From Chiloscyllium plagiosum (taxonomy: Eukaryota), in NCBI RefSeq assembly GCF_004010195.1, contig NC_057749.1:24554175-24609004 (forward strand): DNA of 54,830 bases, read 5' to 3'. Shown here one piece after another: positions 1 through 11,159 of the stretch; position 1 is the stretch's first letter; each line of letters starts with the position of its first letter. The notes under the pieces were generated by a model. The model saw only the letters and a list, made by a program, of their open reading frames with translations. It was not told where the DNA came from and ran no database searches. Position numbers and translations under genes: made by a program.

Positions 1-1108
1 TTACCTGTCAATCTTCACGTATGTTACCTGTGTATCTTCATGTATGCTATCTGTGAATCTTCACATATGTTACCTGTGAATCTTCATGTATGTTACCTGT
101 GAATCTTCATGCATGTTACCTTTGAATCTTCACTTATGTTACCTGTGAATCTTCATGTATGTTACCTGTGAATCTTCATGCATGTTACCTTTGAATCTTC
201 ACTTATGTTACCTGTGAATCTTCATGTATGTTATCTGTGAATCTTCACGTATATTACCTGTGAATCTTCATGTATGCTATCTGTGAATCTTCATGTATAT
301 TACCTGTGAATCTTCATGTATGTTACCTGTGAATCTTCATGCATGTTACCTTTGAATCTTCACTTATGTTACCTGTGAATCTTCATGTATGCCATCTGTG
401 AATCTTCACGTATATTACCTGTGAATCTTCATGTATGTTATCTGTGAATCTTCACGTATGTTATCTGTGAATCTTCACGTATATTACCTGTGAATCGTCG
501 TGTATGTTACCAGTGAATCTTCATGTTAGCTATCTGTGAATCTTCACGGATGTTACCTGTGAATCTTCATGTATATTACCTGTGAATCGTCATGTATGTT
601 GCCTGTCAATCTTCACGTATGTTACCTGTGTATCTTCATGTATGCTATCTGTGAATCTTCACGTATATTACCTGTGAATCTTCATGTATGTTATATGTGA
701 ATCTTCTCGTATATTACCTGTGAATTGTCATGTATGTTACCTGTCAATCTTCATGTATGTTACCTGTGAATCTTCATGTATGCTATCTGTGAATCTTCAC
801 GTAACTTACCTGTGAATCTTCATGTATGTTATCTGTGAATTGTCACGTATATTACCTGTGAATCGTCATGTATGTTACCTGTCAATCTTCATGTATGTTA
901 CCTGTGAATCTTCATGTATGTTACCTGTGAATCTTCATGTTAACTATCTGTGAATCTTCACGTATGTTACCTGTGAATCTTCACATATATTACCTGTGAA
1001 TATTCATGTATGTTACCTGTGAAACTTCATGTATGTTATCTGTGAATCTTCACGTATATTACCTGTGAATATTCATGTATGTTACCTTTGAATCTTCATG
1101 TATATTAT
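1..1108. repeat. 23-bp minisatellite, about 48 copies, runs off the window start
   Basis: Unit ttacctgtgaatcttcatgtatg with point variants, period 23; internal dyad gtgaa-tc-ttca(c/t). Confidence 0.97.
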
Positions 1109-1477
1109 CGGTGGCTTTGAGGCCCAGAGAGGTTACATAAACTGGATTTGTATTACCTGGAATGTAGAGGGTCTTAGGGAGAGAATTTGGTTGAAGGAAA
1201 AAGCTGGTGACTGAGAAATACTCATCCACTTAATAAATTTCAATATGGAGCTCCATGATGTTCATTACCAAGTACAGCAAACTCTTTATTAACTGGCACC
1301 TATTGGTCCAGTGTGTGTTGGTTGATCAAATATTCTGGATGATCGAGAGATACATATAACCGTAGTCAACCTTGTTCATGCAAAGCTTCGCGACATCAAC
1401 ATTCTTCAAAGTATCTATGTGAAAACATCAACACGTCTGTTGTGGTTCTGTTCGCCGAGCTGGAAGTTTTTGTTGCA

Positions 1478-1511
1478 AACGTTTCGTCCCCTGGCTAGGC
1501 GACATCATCAG
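1478..1511 (-). ncRNA. Minimal type I hammerhead ribozyme motif in the 3' pLTR
   Basis: Minus strand gca-CTGATGA-t-gtcgcct-agcc-aggggac-GAAAC-GTT-tgc: core boxes, stem II, palindromic AACGTT stem III and a 3-bp stem I. Confidence 0.8.
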
Positions 1512-1929
1512 TGCTTGGGAGCCTCCTGCGAAGCGCTTCTTTGATGTTTCCTCCGGTGTTTATAGTGGTCTGTCCCTGCCGCTTCCGGTTGTCAGTTTCA
1601 GCTGTCCGCTGTAGTGGTTGGTATATTGGGTCCAGGTCGATGTGTTTGTTGATGGAGTTTGTGGATGAATGCCATGCCTCTAGGAATTCCCTGGCTGTTC
1701 GCTGTCTGGCTTGCCCTATGATAGTAGTGTTGTCCCAGTCAAATTTGTGTTGCTTGTTGTCTGCGTGTGTGGCTACTAAGGATAGCTGTTCGTGTCGTTT
1801 CATGGCTAGTTGATGTTCATGTATGCGGATTGTTAGCTGTCTTCCTGTTTGTCCGATATAGTGTTTTGTGCAGTCCTTGCATGGTATTTTGTACACTACA
1901 TTAGTTTTGCTCATGTTGGGTATCGATCC
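1495..1929 (-). CDS. C-terminal GIY-YIG endonuclease domain of the Penelope ORF (partial)
   Basis: NVVYKIPCKDCTKHYIGQTGR...RIHEH...ATHA...REFLEAW...SIN gives the GIY(VVY)-YIG motif with CxxC and His residues typical of PLE endonucleases. Open to the stop at 1495, inside the pLTR. Confidence 0.88.
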   Translation of the reverse strand, partial: GSIPNMSKTNVVYKIPCKDCTKHYIGQTGRQLTIRIHEHQLAMKRHEQLSLVATHADNKQHKFDWDNTTIIGQARQRTAREFLEAWHSSTNSINKHIDLDPIYQPLQRTAETDNRKRQGQTTINTGGNIKEALRRRLPSTDDVA

Positions 1930-2684
1930 TAAACTATGAAAGTAACCACCCCAACACACAAANNNNNNNNNNNNNNNNNNNNNNNNNNNNNNNNNNNNNN
2001 NNNNNNNNNNNNNNNNNNNNNNNNNNNNNNNNNNNNNNNNNNNNNNNNNNNNNNNNNNNNNNNNNNNNNNNNNNNNNNNNNNNNNNNNNNNNNNNNNNNN
2101 NNNNNNNNNNNNNNNNNNNNNNNNNNNNNNNNNNNNNNNNNNNNNNNNNNNNNNNNNNNNNNNNNNNNNNNNNNNNNNNNNNNNNNNNNNNNNNNNNNNN
2201 NNNNNNNNNNNNNNNNNNNNNNNNNNNNNNNNNNNNNNNNNNNNNNNNNNNNNNNNNNNNNNNNNNNNNNNNNNNNNNNNNNNNNNNNNNNNNNNNNNNN
2301 NNNNNNNNNNNNNNNNNNNNNNNNNNNNNNNNNNNNNNNNNNNNNNNNNNNNNNNNNNNNNNNNNNNNNNNNNNNNNNNNNNNNNNNNNNNNNNNNNNNN
2401 NNNNNNNNNNNNNNNNNNNNNNNNNNNNNNNNNNNNNNNNNNNNNNNNNNNNNNNNNNNNNNNNNNNNNNNNNNNNNNNNNNNNNNNNNNNNNNNNNNNN
2501 NNNNNNNNNNNNNNNNNNNNNNNNNNNNNNNNNNNNNNNNNNNNNNNNNNNNNNNNNNNNNNNNNNNNNNNNNNNNNNNNNNNNNNNNNNNNNNNNNNNN
2601 NNNNNNNNNNNNNNNNNNNNNNNNNNNNNNNNNNNNNNNNNNNNNNNNNNNNNNNNNNNNNNNNNNNNNNNNNNNNNNNNNNNN

Positions 2685-3042
2685 TTTATCCTATTGGTGA
2701 GCTGTGGGGTGGGGTCAAACTCCCTCTTTTGGTAGGTGTTGGTATCTTCAAGTAGTTGTTGTGCTTTTTGGATGTAATCAGATTTTTCTAGGATGACCGT
2801 CATTCTGCCTTTATCTGCTGGTAGTATGATTATGTTCTTATCGTTTCTTAGTGATTTCAGTGCTTCCTTCTCCTTGGTGTTGAGGTTATGTGTTTGTCTT
2901 TTCCTTATTATCATAGGTACGACAGTTTGTCTCACTGTTTGTTGTGTCTCTTCTGTCAGTCCATTGTTCCTGAGTGTGCATTCTAGTGCTGCTAGGAAGA
3001 CTGCTGTCTTGGCGTCCCTGTGGTTGTAGTTGAGTCCCTTGG
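2685..3042 (-). CDS. N-terminal (pre-RT) portion of the Penelope ORF (partial)
   Basis: LAKGLNY...LKSLRNDKNIIILPADKGRMTVILEKSDYIQKAQQLLEDTNTY...DPT: the DKG motif region that precedes PLE RT domains. The RT core would fall in the gap. Confidence 0.82.
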
Positions 3043-3099
3043 CCAGTATAAACACTGGAGGAAACATCAAAGAAGCGCTTCGCAGGAGGCTCCCAAACA

Positions 3100-3133
3100 C
3101 TGATGATGTCGCCTAGCCAGGGGACGAAACGTT
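3100..3133 (+). ncRNA. Minimal type I hammerhead ribozyme motif in the inverted pLTR
   Basis: CTGATGA-t-gtcgcctagccaggggac-GAAAC-GTT, a core identical to 1478-1511. Confidence 0.8.
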
Positions 3134-3789
3134 TGCAACAAAAACTTCCAGCTTGGCGAACAGAACCCACAACAATGAGCACCCGAGCTACAAATCTTCG
3201 CACAAACTTTGATCAACACGTCTCTTAAAATCAAAGTAGAAGTACACAGTAAGGAATAGTGGCATAATGCATGGGTTAATGCATCACTGTTATGTTTTAT
3301 TTATGGCAGAAATATTCAGACATTGCGGTAGATAGCGGTATTTGAAGCACTGTTTGCCGGTTTATCCAGAGTGCCGGATGTCAAGACGCCTGTGGAAACA
3401 AGATTTCTTGTATTATTGTTTCCTTATTGTTTTTACCCATTGGGAATTGAGAGTATCTCTTCCATCGGTTTGTGTTCTAGTACAAGTACGCTTTAATCTA
3501 AAAGGCCAGCTGTGAACTGTGCAACTGAAGATAACGTTTACAGCTGTTCATTCCTCCAGATACATACCCTCCCATGAGGCATCTCCCAACTTACCAATCC
3601 CACTTTCAATTTACTCATGCAGATATTTTCAGCTCAGGGGTGTTCTGTTTGTCCCACAAATCTAATTGCACTTTTCGAGGGGGTGTCTCGCTATGTCACC
3701 GAGATTTGTGCAGTGGAGGGGGGGGTCTTCATAGATTTCATGTCCTTAACTGGTCAGGCTTACACGTGACTTCAGTTAGGCTTTTGACA

Positions 3790-4745
3790 AGATGCCAAGG
3801 CTGGGATGGGATCCAGGGCAATATTTCAAATTTGAACCAAATGTTGGCTCAACAGCAGGAACCTGTGGGTGATGGTCAAAGGTTGCTTTGGGATTGGAAG
3901 CCTGTGTCTGGTGGCGTACTGGACTGGTGTGTTTGTTTCTGGGTCCCTAACTGACTGTTGTGGACATTAGAGATTTAGACCTCAATGTCGGAGGAATGAT
4001 CAGTAAGTGGCATGAAGTTAGTGGTGAGATAAATGGTGAGGAGGAACATCTTGTACCACAGGATGTAGACGGGCTGGTCAGATGGGCTGAACGGATTTTA
4101 ATTCTCGGATGATGTATTTTGAGAAAATTAACAAGGAAAAGGAGAACGTAGAGTCATAGAGTAATACAGCACGGAAACAGGCCGTTCGGCCCAACCTGGT
4201 CCATGCTGACCACAGTGCCCACTCAACTAGTTCCAATTGCCTGTATTTGGTCCATCTAAACCCTTCCCATTCACGTACCTATCCAAATGTTTTTTTAAAT
4301 GTTGCTATTGTACCTGCCTCAACCACTTTCTCTGGCAGTCCATGCCATCTCCACTCTCTACATGAAGAAATTGCCCCTCAGGTCGTTCTTAAATCTTTTC
4401 CCTCTCACCTTAAACCTCTGCCCTCTTGTTTTGAATTCCCCACCCCCGGGAAAAAGACTGTACACATTCATCCTATCTATTTTGTAAGCCTTAATGTTAA
4501 ATGGTAGGATCTGGGAGAGGACGGAGGATCAGAGGGATCTTGGAGTACATGTTCACAGATCCTTGAAGGAAGCAAGACAGGTAGATAAGGTGGTTAAGAC
4601 AACACATGAGATATTTGCCTTTATTAGTCAAGGCACTGAATACAAGAACAGAGAGGTCATGGTGAAGTTGCAAATCACATCAGTTAGGCCACAGTTGGAA
4701 TACTATGTGCTGTTCTGGTTGCCACACTATCTGAAAGATGTGATT
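3790..4745 (+). mobile_element. Decayed CR1 LINE RT fragment, interrupted by a younger CR1
   Basis: Translation QRDLGVHVHRSLK...VRPQLEYYVLFWLPHYLKDV matches the CR1 ORF2 C-terminal region. Confidence 0.75.
4150..4480 (-). mobile_element. CR1 (HER1-type) LINE 3' end
   Basis: Begins with the reverse-complement tail tagagtcatagag...cagcacggaaacaggcc shared by the CR1 copies in this window. Confidence 0.85.
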
Positions 4746-5131
4746 ACGTTTCCTTTTCTCCCCCCAGTCCCCACCTCAGTTCTCTCATTTCTTCCTGCAC
4801 ACTGAGTGGGCATGCCTCCAGCCAATGAGCTGTTGGCACAGGCCTCGCTGGTCAGATCAGGTGGCACCAATGGAGAACTGGTCATGCGTGACGCCACATG
4901 GTTGAGTGGAAAGCAGAACACTCTTCCCAACCAATGTGACCATTAGGGATCCCAACTCGGCTAGAACATTTTCAAGAGTGGAGGAGGGGGAGGGTGTCAC
5001 ATGACCCATCTGCTTTCAATCAGTCCTGTCTCCAATGGCGGTTGTGACTGGCTCATGTGTTTTCAGTCCCGTTGTTAGATTAGTTGAATGAATGCGTTAT
5101 TTTGCTCTTGTGGTCAACTTTCTACCATTTG

Positions 5132-5465
5132 AGGAGGTGATGGTCTAGTGGTATTGTAGGTGGATTGTTAATCCAGAGAGCCAGCTAAGGTTTGAGGGAC
5201 CCAGGTTCAAATCCCACCATGATAGATGGCGGAATTTGAATTCAATAAAGATCTGGGATTGGAAGTTTAATGATGACCATAAAACCATTATCCATTGCCA
5301 GAAAAACCCATTTGGCTCACTAATGTCCTTTAGGGAAGGAATCTGCTATCCAGACCCAGAGCAAAGTGGTCGACTCTTAACTGCCCTCTGGGCAATTAGG
5401 GATGGGCAACAAATGCTGGCCTAACCAGTAATGCCCTAATTCTGTGAATGAATTTAAAAAAAAAC
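5132..5465 (+). mobile_element. tRNA-headed SINE (second family), near full length
   Basis: A-box-like tggtctagtgg and B-box ggttcaaatcc. The tail gggcaattagggatgggcaacaaatgctggcc...tgaatgaat(A)n is shared with the LINE at 45110-45960. Confidence 0.8.
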
Positions 5466-5834
5466 TGTTTTATTGTTGCTTATTACTTCATACTGCTGAA
5501 AAAAGAGACATGTTGTGGAAATCTTTAACCTTGCATTCATCAGGACGGAATTGCAAGAATACCAAATTTCAAAGGGAACAACAGTTCATACTACAGGAGC
5601 CAATGGTGCTGATTGCTTGCATTATGATTGGATGGAGGTTGCCATGGAGAATGCAGCAGGAAACTATAGTCTGCCAAACCATTGTTTAAATTCAAATCAG
5701 GCAGGTCGACCCTGACTGGTCAGGAGTTCTTCGGAGATGAGCAACGCAATTCTTAGCATTCCAGTGGGCCAGCCGTGGTTAGCTCTCCTGCCTCAGGTTC
5801 AATAGGTTATGTGGTCAAGCAAGGCTTGTGTTGT

Positions 5835-6786
5835 AAGAATTGCTTACGGTTGACCTTGAAGCAGCTGTGGGGTGGGGTAGAAACTGTGAGACATCTCTGC
5901 TGGAATGTGCCTTTGCAAAGGAAGTCTGGACAGAGATGCAAAGGTTTGTGTCAACGTTCATCCCAAGCAGCTCCGTGATGTGGGACTCTGTGCCCTATGG
6001 TCTGTTACCTAGGACGCACACTGAGACAAACACTGACTGCGCCTGGAGGACGGGCAGCACAGTTGCCTCACAGCGCCAGGGACCTGGGTTTGATTTCAGC
6101 CTTCAGGTGACTGTCTGTGTGGAGTTTGCACCTTCTCCACGTGTCTGCGTGGGTTACCTCCAAGTCTTCTGATTTCCTCCCAAAGTCCAAAGATATGCAG
6201 GTCAGGTGAATTGGCCGTGCTAAATTGCCCGTAGTGTCCAGAGATGTGTAGGTTAGGTGCATTAGTTATGGGTAAATGTAGGATAATAGGGTAGGTGGAT
6301 GGGTCTGGGTGTGTTACTCTTCGGAGGGTCGGTGTGGATTGTTGGCCTGAAGGACCTGTTACCATACTGTGGGTAACAGTGATTCTGTGACCGTCAAGTC
6401 AGTGAAAGATGCTCTTTGGTCTGCCTGAAACTGCGCGGTCTTCCAGAGCAAGGAGCTGACCCTGACTGATGTTGCAGACTGGCACATCCCAAGGCCCAGG
6501 GATACGTGCTGAGGGAGGCACTAAAGCTTGGGGCAGCTGCTGCCAAGGCCCAGTGGGGAAAGGCCTCTGTCTGAGGTCTTCCTGTCAAAATTAAATGGGG
6601 GTCCATTCAGTTATTGGATCCTTCTAGTACTTTGATTGTATGTAAATATAATCTTGCACCAGTCAGAGATGCCTTTAGTTTGTGTTTCCTTGATATGCTA
6701 CTGTACAAAACTAAACTGTGTTATGACTGTGCTAAAATAAAAAGATATTTTTTATGAACAAAATATATTTTTGAAATAAAACAAAA
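5835..6786 (+). mobile_element. Tx1/L1-clade LINE 3' fragment, split by an HE1 SINE
   Basis: Frameshifted ETVRHL-LECAFAKEVW zinc-knuckle region. It continues (VKDALWSA) after the SINE and ends A-rich. Confidence 0.7.
6052..6390 (+). mobile_element. HE1-type V-SINE
   Basis: tRNA head cctcacagcgccagggacc, V-domain ctgtgtggagtttgcac...cctccc, CR1-like tail. Confidence 0.88.
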
Positions 6787-6831
6787 GCTGTTTACAGTTG
6801 GCACCTTGTTTTAAGGAGGACCTTTGCTAGG

Positions 6832-7142
6832 TCATAGAATCCCTACAGTGCGGACACAGGTTATTTGGCCCAACAAGTCCACACCGACCCTCTGAAGAAC
6901 ATCTCACCCAGTCTCACCCCACTACCCTATTCCTGTAACCCTGCGGCTAATCCACCTAACTTACACATCCCTGGACACTATGGGCAATTTATCTACGCAC
7001 TTTTAGATTGTGGGAGGAAACCAGGGCAGACACAGGGAGAATGTGCAAACTCCACACAGACAGTTGCCCGAGGCTGGAATTGAACCTGGGACCCTGGTGC
7101 TGTGGGGCAGCAGTGCTAACCACTGAGCCACCGTGCCGCCCC
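6832..7142 (-). mobile_element. HE1-type V-SINE
   Basis: Reverse complement of the HE1 head (ggcggcacggtggctcagtggttagcactgctg), V-domain and tail. Confidence 0.9.
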
Positions 7143-7189
7143 AAATGTTCAGCTTTTATGAAGTTCATCTTGTATGAAGATCCAAGGAG

Positions 7190-7506
7190 TGGCACGGTGG
7201 CTCAGTGGTTGTTAGCACTGCTGCCACACAGTGCCAGGGTTGGATTCCAGCCTCAGGCAGCTGCCTGTGTGGAGTTTGTACATTCACTGTGTGACTGCGT
7301 GGGATTCCTCTTAGTGCTCCGGTTTCCTCCCACAATCCTAAACTGTGCTGATTCAGGTGAATTGGCCATGCTAACTTGCCCCATAGTGTTAGGTGAATTA
7401 GTCAGGGGTAAATGTAGCAGAATGGGTCTGAGTAGGTTAGTCTTCGGTGTGGACATGTTGGGCCAAAGGGCCTGTTTCTACACTGTAGGGAATCTAATCT
7501 AATCTA
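7190..7506 (+). mobile_element. HE1-type V-SINE
   Basis: ggcacggtggctcagtgg head, V-domain and (atcta)n tail. Confidence 0.9.
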
Positions 7507-8269
7507 AAAAAAAATCTTGGGTAGAAAGATATGAATAATCCAATACCAAGTGGTGATGGATAACCACATGAGAGTCTTAACTGAAAGACTAATAAGAATT
7601 GATTATTACTTAGTAATAAGATAGGAAGTTATAATAGTGTAAGACCAGGTATTATATTAACAGCAGGAGAGAGACATGTATCTCCAATGAGATAGCTAGG
7701 TCTATGCTACATGATCAGAGACTGGAGCAGATTGACTAACTCTACTCAGAGGCATTCCAATATCAACACAACTATTCCAAATATTCTGAGTTAATCCTTT
7801 CAGGTCAACTATCTCATTAAACAGTACCCCGAAGCTCTACTGCTCCAGGCTGGAACGCAACCCAGTAGGCCCCATGCATCCTGCCACCCATTCAAAGTTC
7901 TGAGGTACAAGGAAAAGAAAGATTGAAGGGGGCCCACACTTAAACAAATCATCAGTGCACTTTAAAAACAAAAATAAAGACAACATTGGGGTCAAATTCA
8001 GCCCTAGCAACCTGAGAATGAGATGGCAGCGTGACATTCCCAGCGCTGTGTTAAGGGGGAGCAACCCTGTCAGTAGGAGCAATCGTTCGGATGGGGGGGG
8101 GTCAAACTGATGACCTCTCATACATGGCGGAGGGGCACAGGAGCTCTCCCCCCAGGGTCCTGGCCGATATTTGCATACAGTGAATATTCAGTAACACGGA
8201 AGAGTTTTTACTGAACTCAGCCTTGGGGTAAAGTCAATGGGAATCTCATGGTCCTCCCAAAGAACAAAG

Positions 8270-9292
8270 AACAAAGAAAATTTACAGCCCAGGAACAGAC
8301 CCTTCGGCCCTTCAAGCCTGAGCCGATCCAAATCCACTGTCTAAATATGTCGTCCAATTCCTAAGCATCTGTATCTCTCTGCTCCCCCACCTACTCATGC
8401 ATCTGTCCAGATGCACCTTAAATGAATCTACCGTGCCTGCCTCCACTACCTCTGCTGGCAAAGCGTTCCAGGCACCTACCATCCTCTGTGTGAAGTACTG
8501 TACTTGCTGGGTGTATCCCCCTTAAACTTTTCACCTCTCACCTGAAAGCGTGACCTCTCGTTATTGAATCCTTCACCCTGGGAAAACGTTTGTCTCTCTC
8601 TCTACTCTGTCTATACCCTTCATGATTTTGTAGACCTCAATTAGGTCCCCCTCAATCTCCTTTTTTCTAATGAAAACAATCCTAACCTACTCAACCTCTC
8701 TTCATAGCTACCACCTTCCATACCAGGCAACATCTTCGTAAACCTTCTCTGCACCCCCTCCAAAGCGTCCACATCCTTTTGGTAATGTGGCGACCAGAAC
8801 TGTACATGGTATTCTAAATGCAGCCGAACCAATGTCTTGTACAATTGTAACATGACCTGCCAGCTCTTATACTCAATACCCCATCCGATGAAGGCAAGCA
8901 TACCATATGCCTTCTTGACCACTCTATCCACCTGTGCAGCAACCTTCAGGGTACAATGGAGCTGCACTCCCAGATCCCTCTGCTCATCAACTTTTCCCAA
9001 CAGTGCCCTCTTCTGTTTACTGAATAATTCGCTCTAGAATTAGACTTCCCAAAATGCATCACCTCACATTTTCCTGGATTGAAAGCCATCTGCCACTTTT
9101 CCATCCAACTCTCCAGTCTATCTATATCCTCCTGTATTCTCTGACAGTCCCTTATGCTTTCTGCTACTCCACCAATCTTCGTGTCATCGGGAACCTTATC
9201 AAAAGTCTTACTAAAGTCCATGTATATGATATCTACAGCCCTTCCTTCATCTAACAACTTGGTCACTTCCTCAAAGAACTCTATTAAGTTGG
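8270..9292 (-). mobile_element. CR1 LINE 3' fragment (subfamily with a (ttctttg)n tail), internally deleted RT
   Basis: YMDFSKTFDKVP is joined directly to DDTKIGG, so the RT centre is missing; QRDLGVQ...LEYHVQFWSPHY follows. Confidence 0.9.
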
Positions 9293-9889
9293 TAGCTCAC
9301 CACTAGGTAACAATGCTCTGCCCCTGCCTGCTTTGTGCAGTTGGGTGTTGTTCCAGTGTGTTGTTACAGCGCAAGAGAAGAGAATAGATTCTTACCTGGA
9401 CTCTTACCTAGGGTGAGCCAACAGAAGGAGGGGAGTTTGGGGTGAAGCATGGAAGAGTGAGGTGGAATGGATCTGATTCCCCTGGGGGTTGACTGATGAG
9501 CAGTCAGTCAAAGCAAGAAAATGAGGTGGTGTCAGTACAATTCACAAATGGGTCCATCTCAGTGTGTTGTTGGACAGACTCCTTCCAGGGTTTTGAGTTC
9601 ACCCACCACGTTCCAATAACCTCCACTGAGAGTGGTCTCAGACATTATCCTTTACCACTCCCAGGGGGGGGGAGCTTGCAAGTGCAGCCATGTCCCACAG
9701 CCTGGCGGGTACAACACCGGACACCGTCATAAACATTCAACAAGGAGTGAACGCCAAAACACTACCTTGTTTCTTCCTCAATGAGTGAAGTGGCTCATAC
9801 TTCCTTGTGACCATCCATGGGTGCCAGTGCTGGGGTGTGCCAGGATACCTGGCTCTCTGATTGAGCAAGTCTCAACAAATAGCAGTGAA

Positions 9890-10030
9890 CGTTTTCAAGA
9901 AGGAGTCAAACATAGTTCTTAGGGCTAGAGGGATCTGAGGGAAATGGGGGGGAGAAAGCAAGTCCAGCGGATGATCAGCCATGGTCGTATCGAATGAGGG
10001 AGCAAGCTCGAAGGGCCAAATGGCCTACGT
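9890..10030 (+). mobile_element. Decayed CR1 3' UTR fragment
   Basis: gatcagccatg...gagcaagctcgaagggccaaatggcctac tail motif. Confidence 0.65.
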
Positions 10031-10280
10031 CCTGTGCAGCAGCGGCAATGCGTACATGAGGAATGTGAAGCCAGTATAAAATGAAGTGAAATTTCATCTG
10101 GAAACCTCCCGTGTCACCTTTGAGTGCTCTTGGTCAGTTAATGGCGATGGGGTTGGGATAGGAATGTGGCGACTGTGATCCAGAGCCTCCCTGTTTGACC
10201 AGATCCCCTTGAATAGGACCACGCGCAAGTGCAACATGAGCAGCTGACGGCAGCTTTTGCTGTCAAAAAGCTTCCGCTGC

Positions 10281-10288
10281 TATAAAAG
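10281..10288 (+). promoter_or_regulatory. Candidate TATA box
   Basis: TATAAAAG, a full consensus match, in repeat-free sequence. A strong donor AAG|GTGAGA lies at 10750/10751. Motif evidence only. Confidence 0.25.
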
Positions 10289-10862
10289 CCACTTGTTTTC
10301 CATAAACACCAGGAACACTTTGAATTCTCATTTTAATCGTGTGGGTGACAGTGCTGGGAATCAACATATCCTAACTCTTAATTGAAATGGAACTAATGCT
10401 GGATAACCTTAAGATCAGGTGCTGTTTTACCTCAATGAAAATAAATTGCGGGCTATTCCATACCAAGAAAGCCCTCTTTGGTTCTTGCTAATAAAGCATT
10501 CCCCTCTGGTTGGGATCTTCCAGCGGGATCATGTTTTTAAACTATCAATTAAATTGTGACTCATGGCGTACACCAGCTGTTCTCTGTTGGAGCTCTCCAT
10601 GTGTTGGAAGGCATTGTGTGGGTCTTGTTTGTCAGCTCCATTTGTTGCGTCCCATTAAAGGAGCTCTGACGCAAATACAGAACACAGAACCGCGTCTGAC
10701 CTGAGAAACAAGCTCCGCTCCGGACGACTTCAATGGTGTGGGGTGACAAGGTGAGAAAGTGAGCCGCTAAGTGTTTGGAGAGTGGCTCCATTTCTCCCCA
10801 GTGTCAAGGCTGAGTCTGTGAGCACCTCTGTCCTTCAGAGCCCTGGTGTCTGTTAGTGAAGG

Positions 10863-11131
10863 AGGGGAAAGTGAGGACTGCAGATGCTGGAGATCAGAGT
10901 GGACAGTGTAGTGCTAGAAAAACACAGCAGGTCAGGCTGCATCCGAGGAGCAGGAGAATCAACGTTTCGGGCATATGCTCTCCATCGGGAATGTTCCGTT
11001 TGCTGCTTCCCATTAAAGGAACACTGACGCAAATACAGAATATAGAACCGCGTCAGATCCGAGAAACAAGCTCCAATCTGGATGATTTTCTTCATCATTC
11101 CTGATGAAGAGCTTATGCTCGAAACATCGAC
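10863..11131. mobile_element. Short self-inverted PLE-derived element (family A) with a captured insert of about 97 bp
   Basis: 16-bp TSD tgtctgttagt(g/a)aagg at 10847-10862 and 11132-11147. Tailed arm 10863-10992, insert about 10993-11090, inverted short arm 11096-11131. Confidence 0.88.
11101..11128 (+). ncRNA. Minimal hammerhead motif
   Basis: CTGATGA-a-gagc-ttat-gctc-GAAAC-ATC; stem II stays paired (gagc/gctc versus gggc/gccc in other copies). Confidence 0.68.
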
Positions 11132-11159
11132 TGTCTGTTAGTAAAGGTAGTACTTGTTA

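Larger units (their letters stand above)
1439..3211 (-). mobile_element. Penelope-like retrotransposon, 5'-truncated, with inverted pseudo-LTRs
   Basis: 1439-1568 is the near-perfect reverse complement of about 3044-3173. The right pLTR has an extra tail to 3211. Exact 12-bp TSD atcaacacgtct at 1427-1438 and 3212-3223. PLE ORF motifs lie between; the centre is an N-gap (1963-2684). Confidence 0.93.

Noticed and set aside
1..1108. CRISPR-like array
   Set aside because: Contiguous tandem units with no unique spacers, no cas genes, and a vertebrate context.
1934..3100. 388-aa and 254-aa ORFs
   Set aside because: Their length comes from the N-gap. The first about 18 aa of the minus ORF come from the inverted pLTR.
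1273..3412. Old Tigger-like MITE hosting the Penelope insertion
   Set aside because: TA-CAG start and subterminal motifs are suggestive, but the termini match too poorly to support a call.
5495..5725. Another pLTR/hammerhead remnant (minus-strand CTGATGA at 5537-5543)
   Set aside because: The GAAA box and stem II are degenerate, and I found no TSD or second copy.
7040..7260. tRNA genes
   Set aside because: tRNA-derived SINE heads continuing into V-domain bodies; the same applies to the other HE1 heads.
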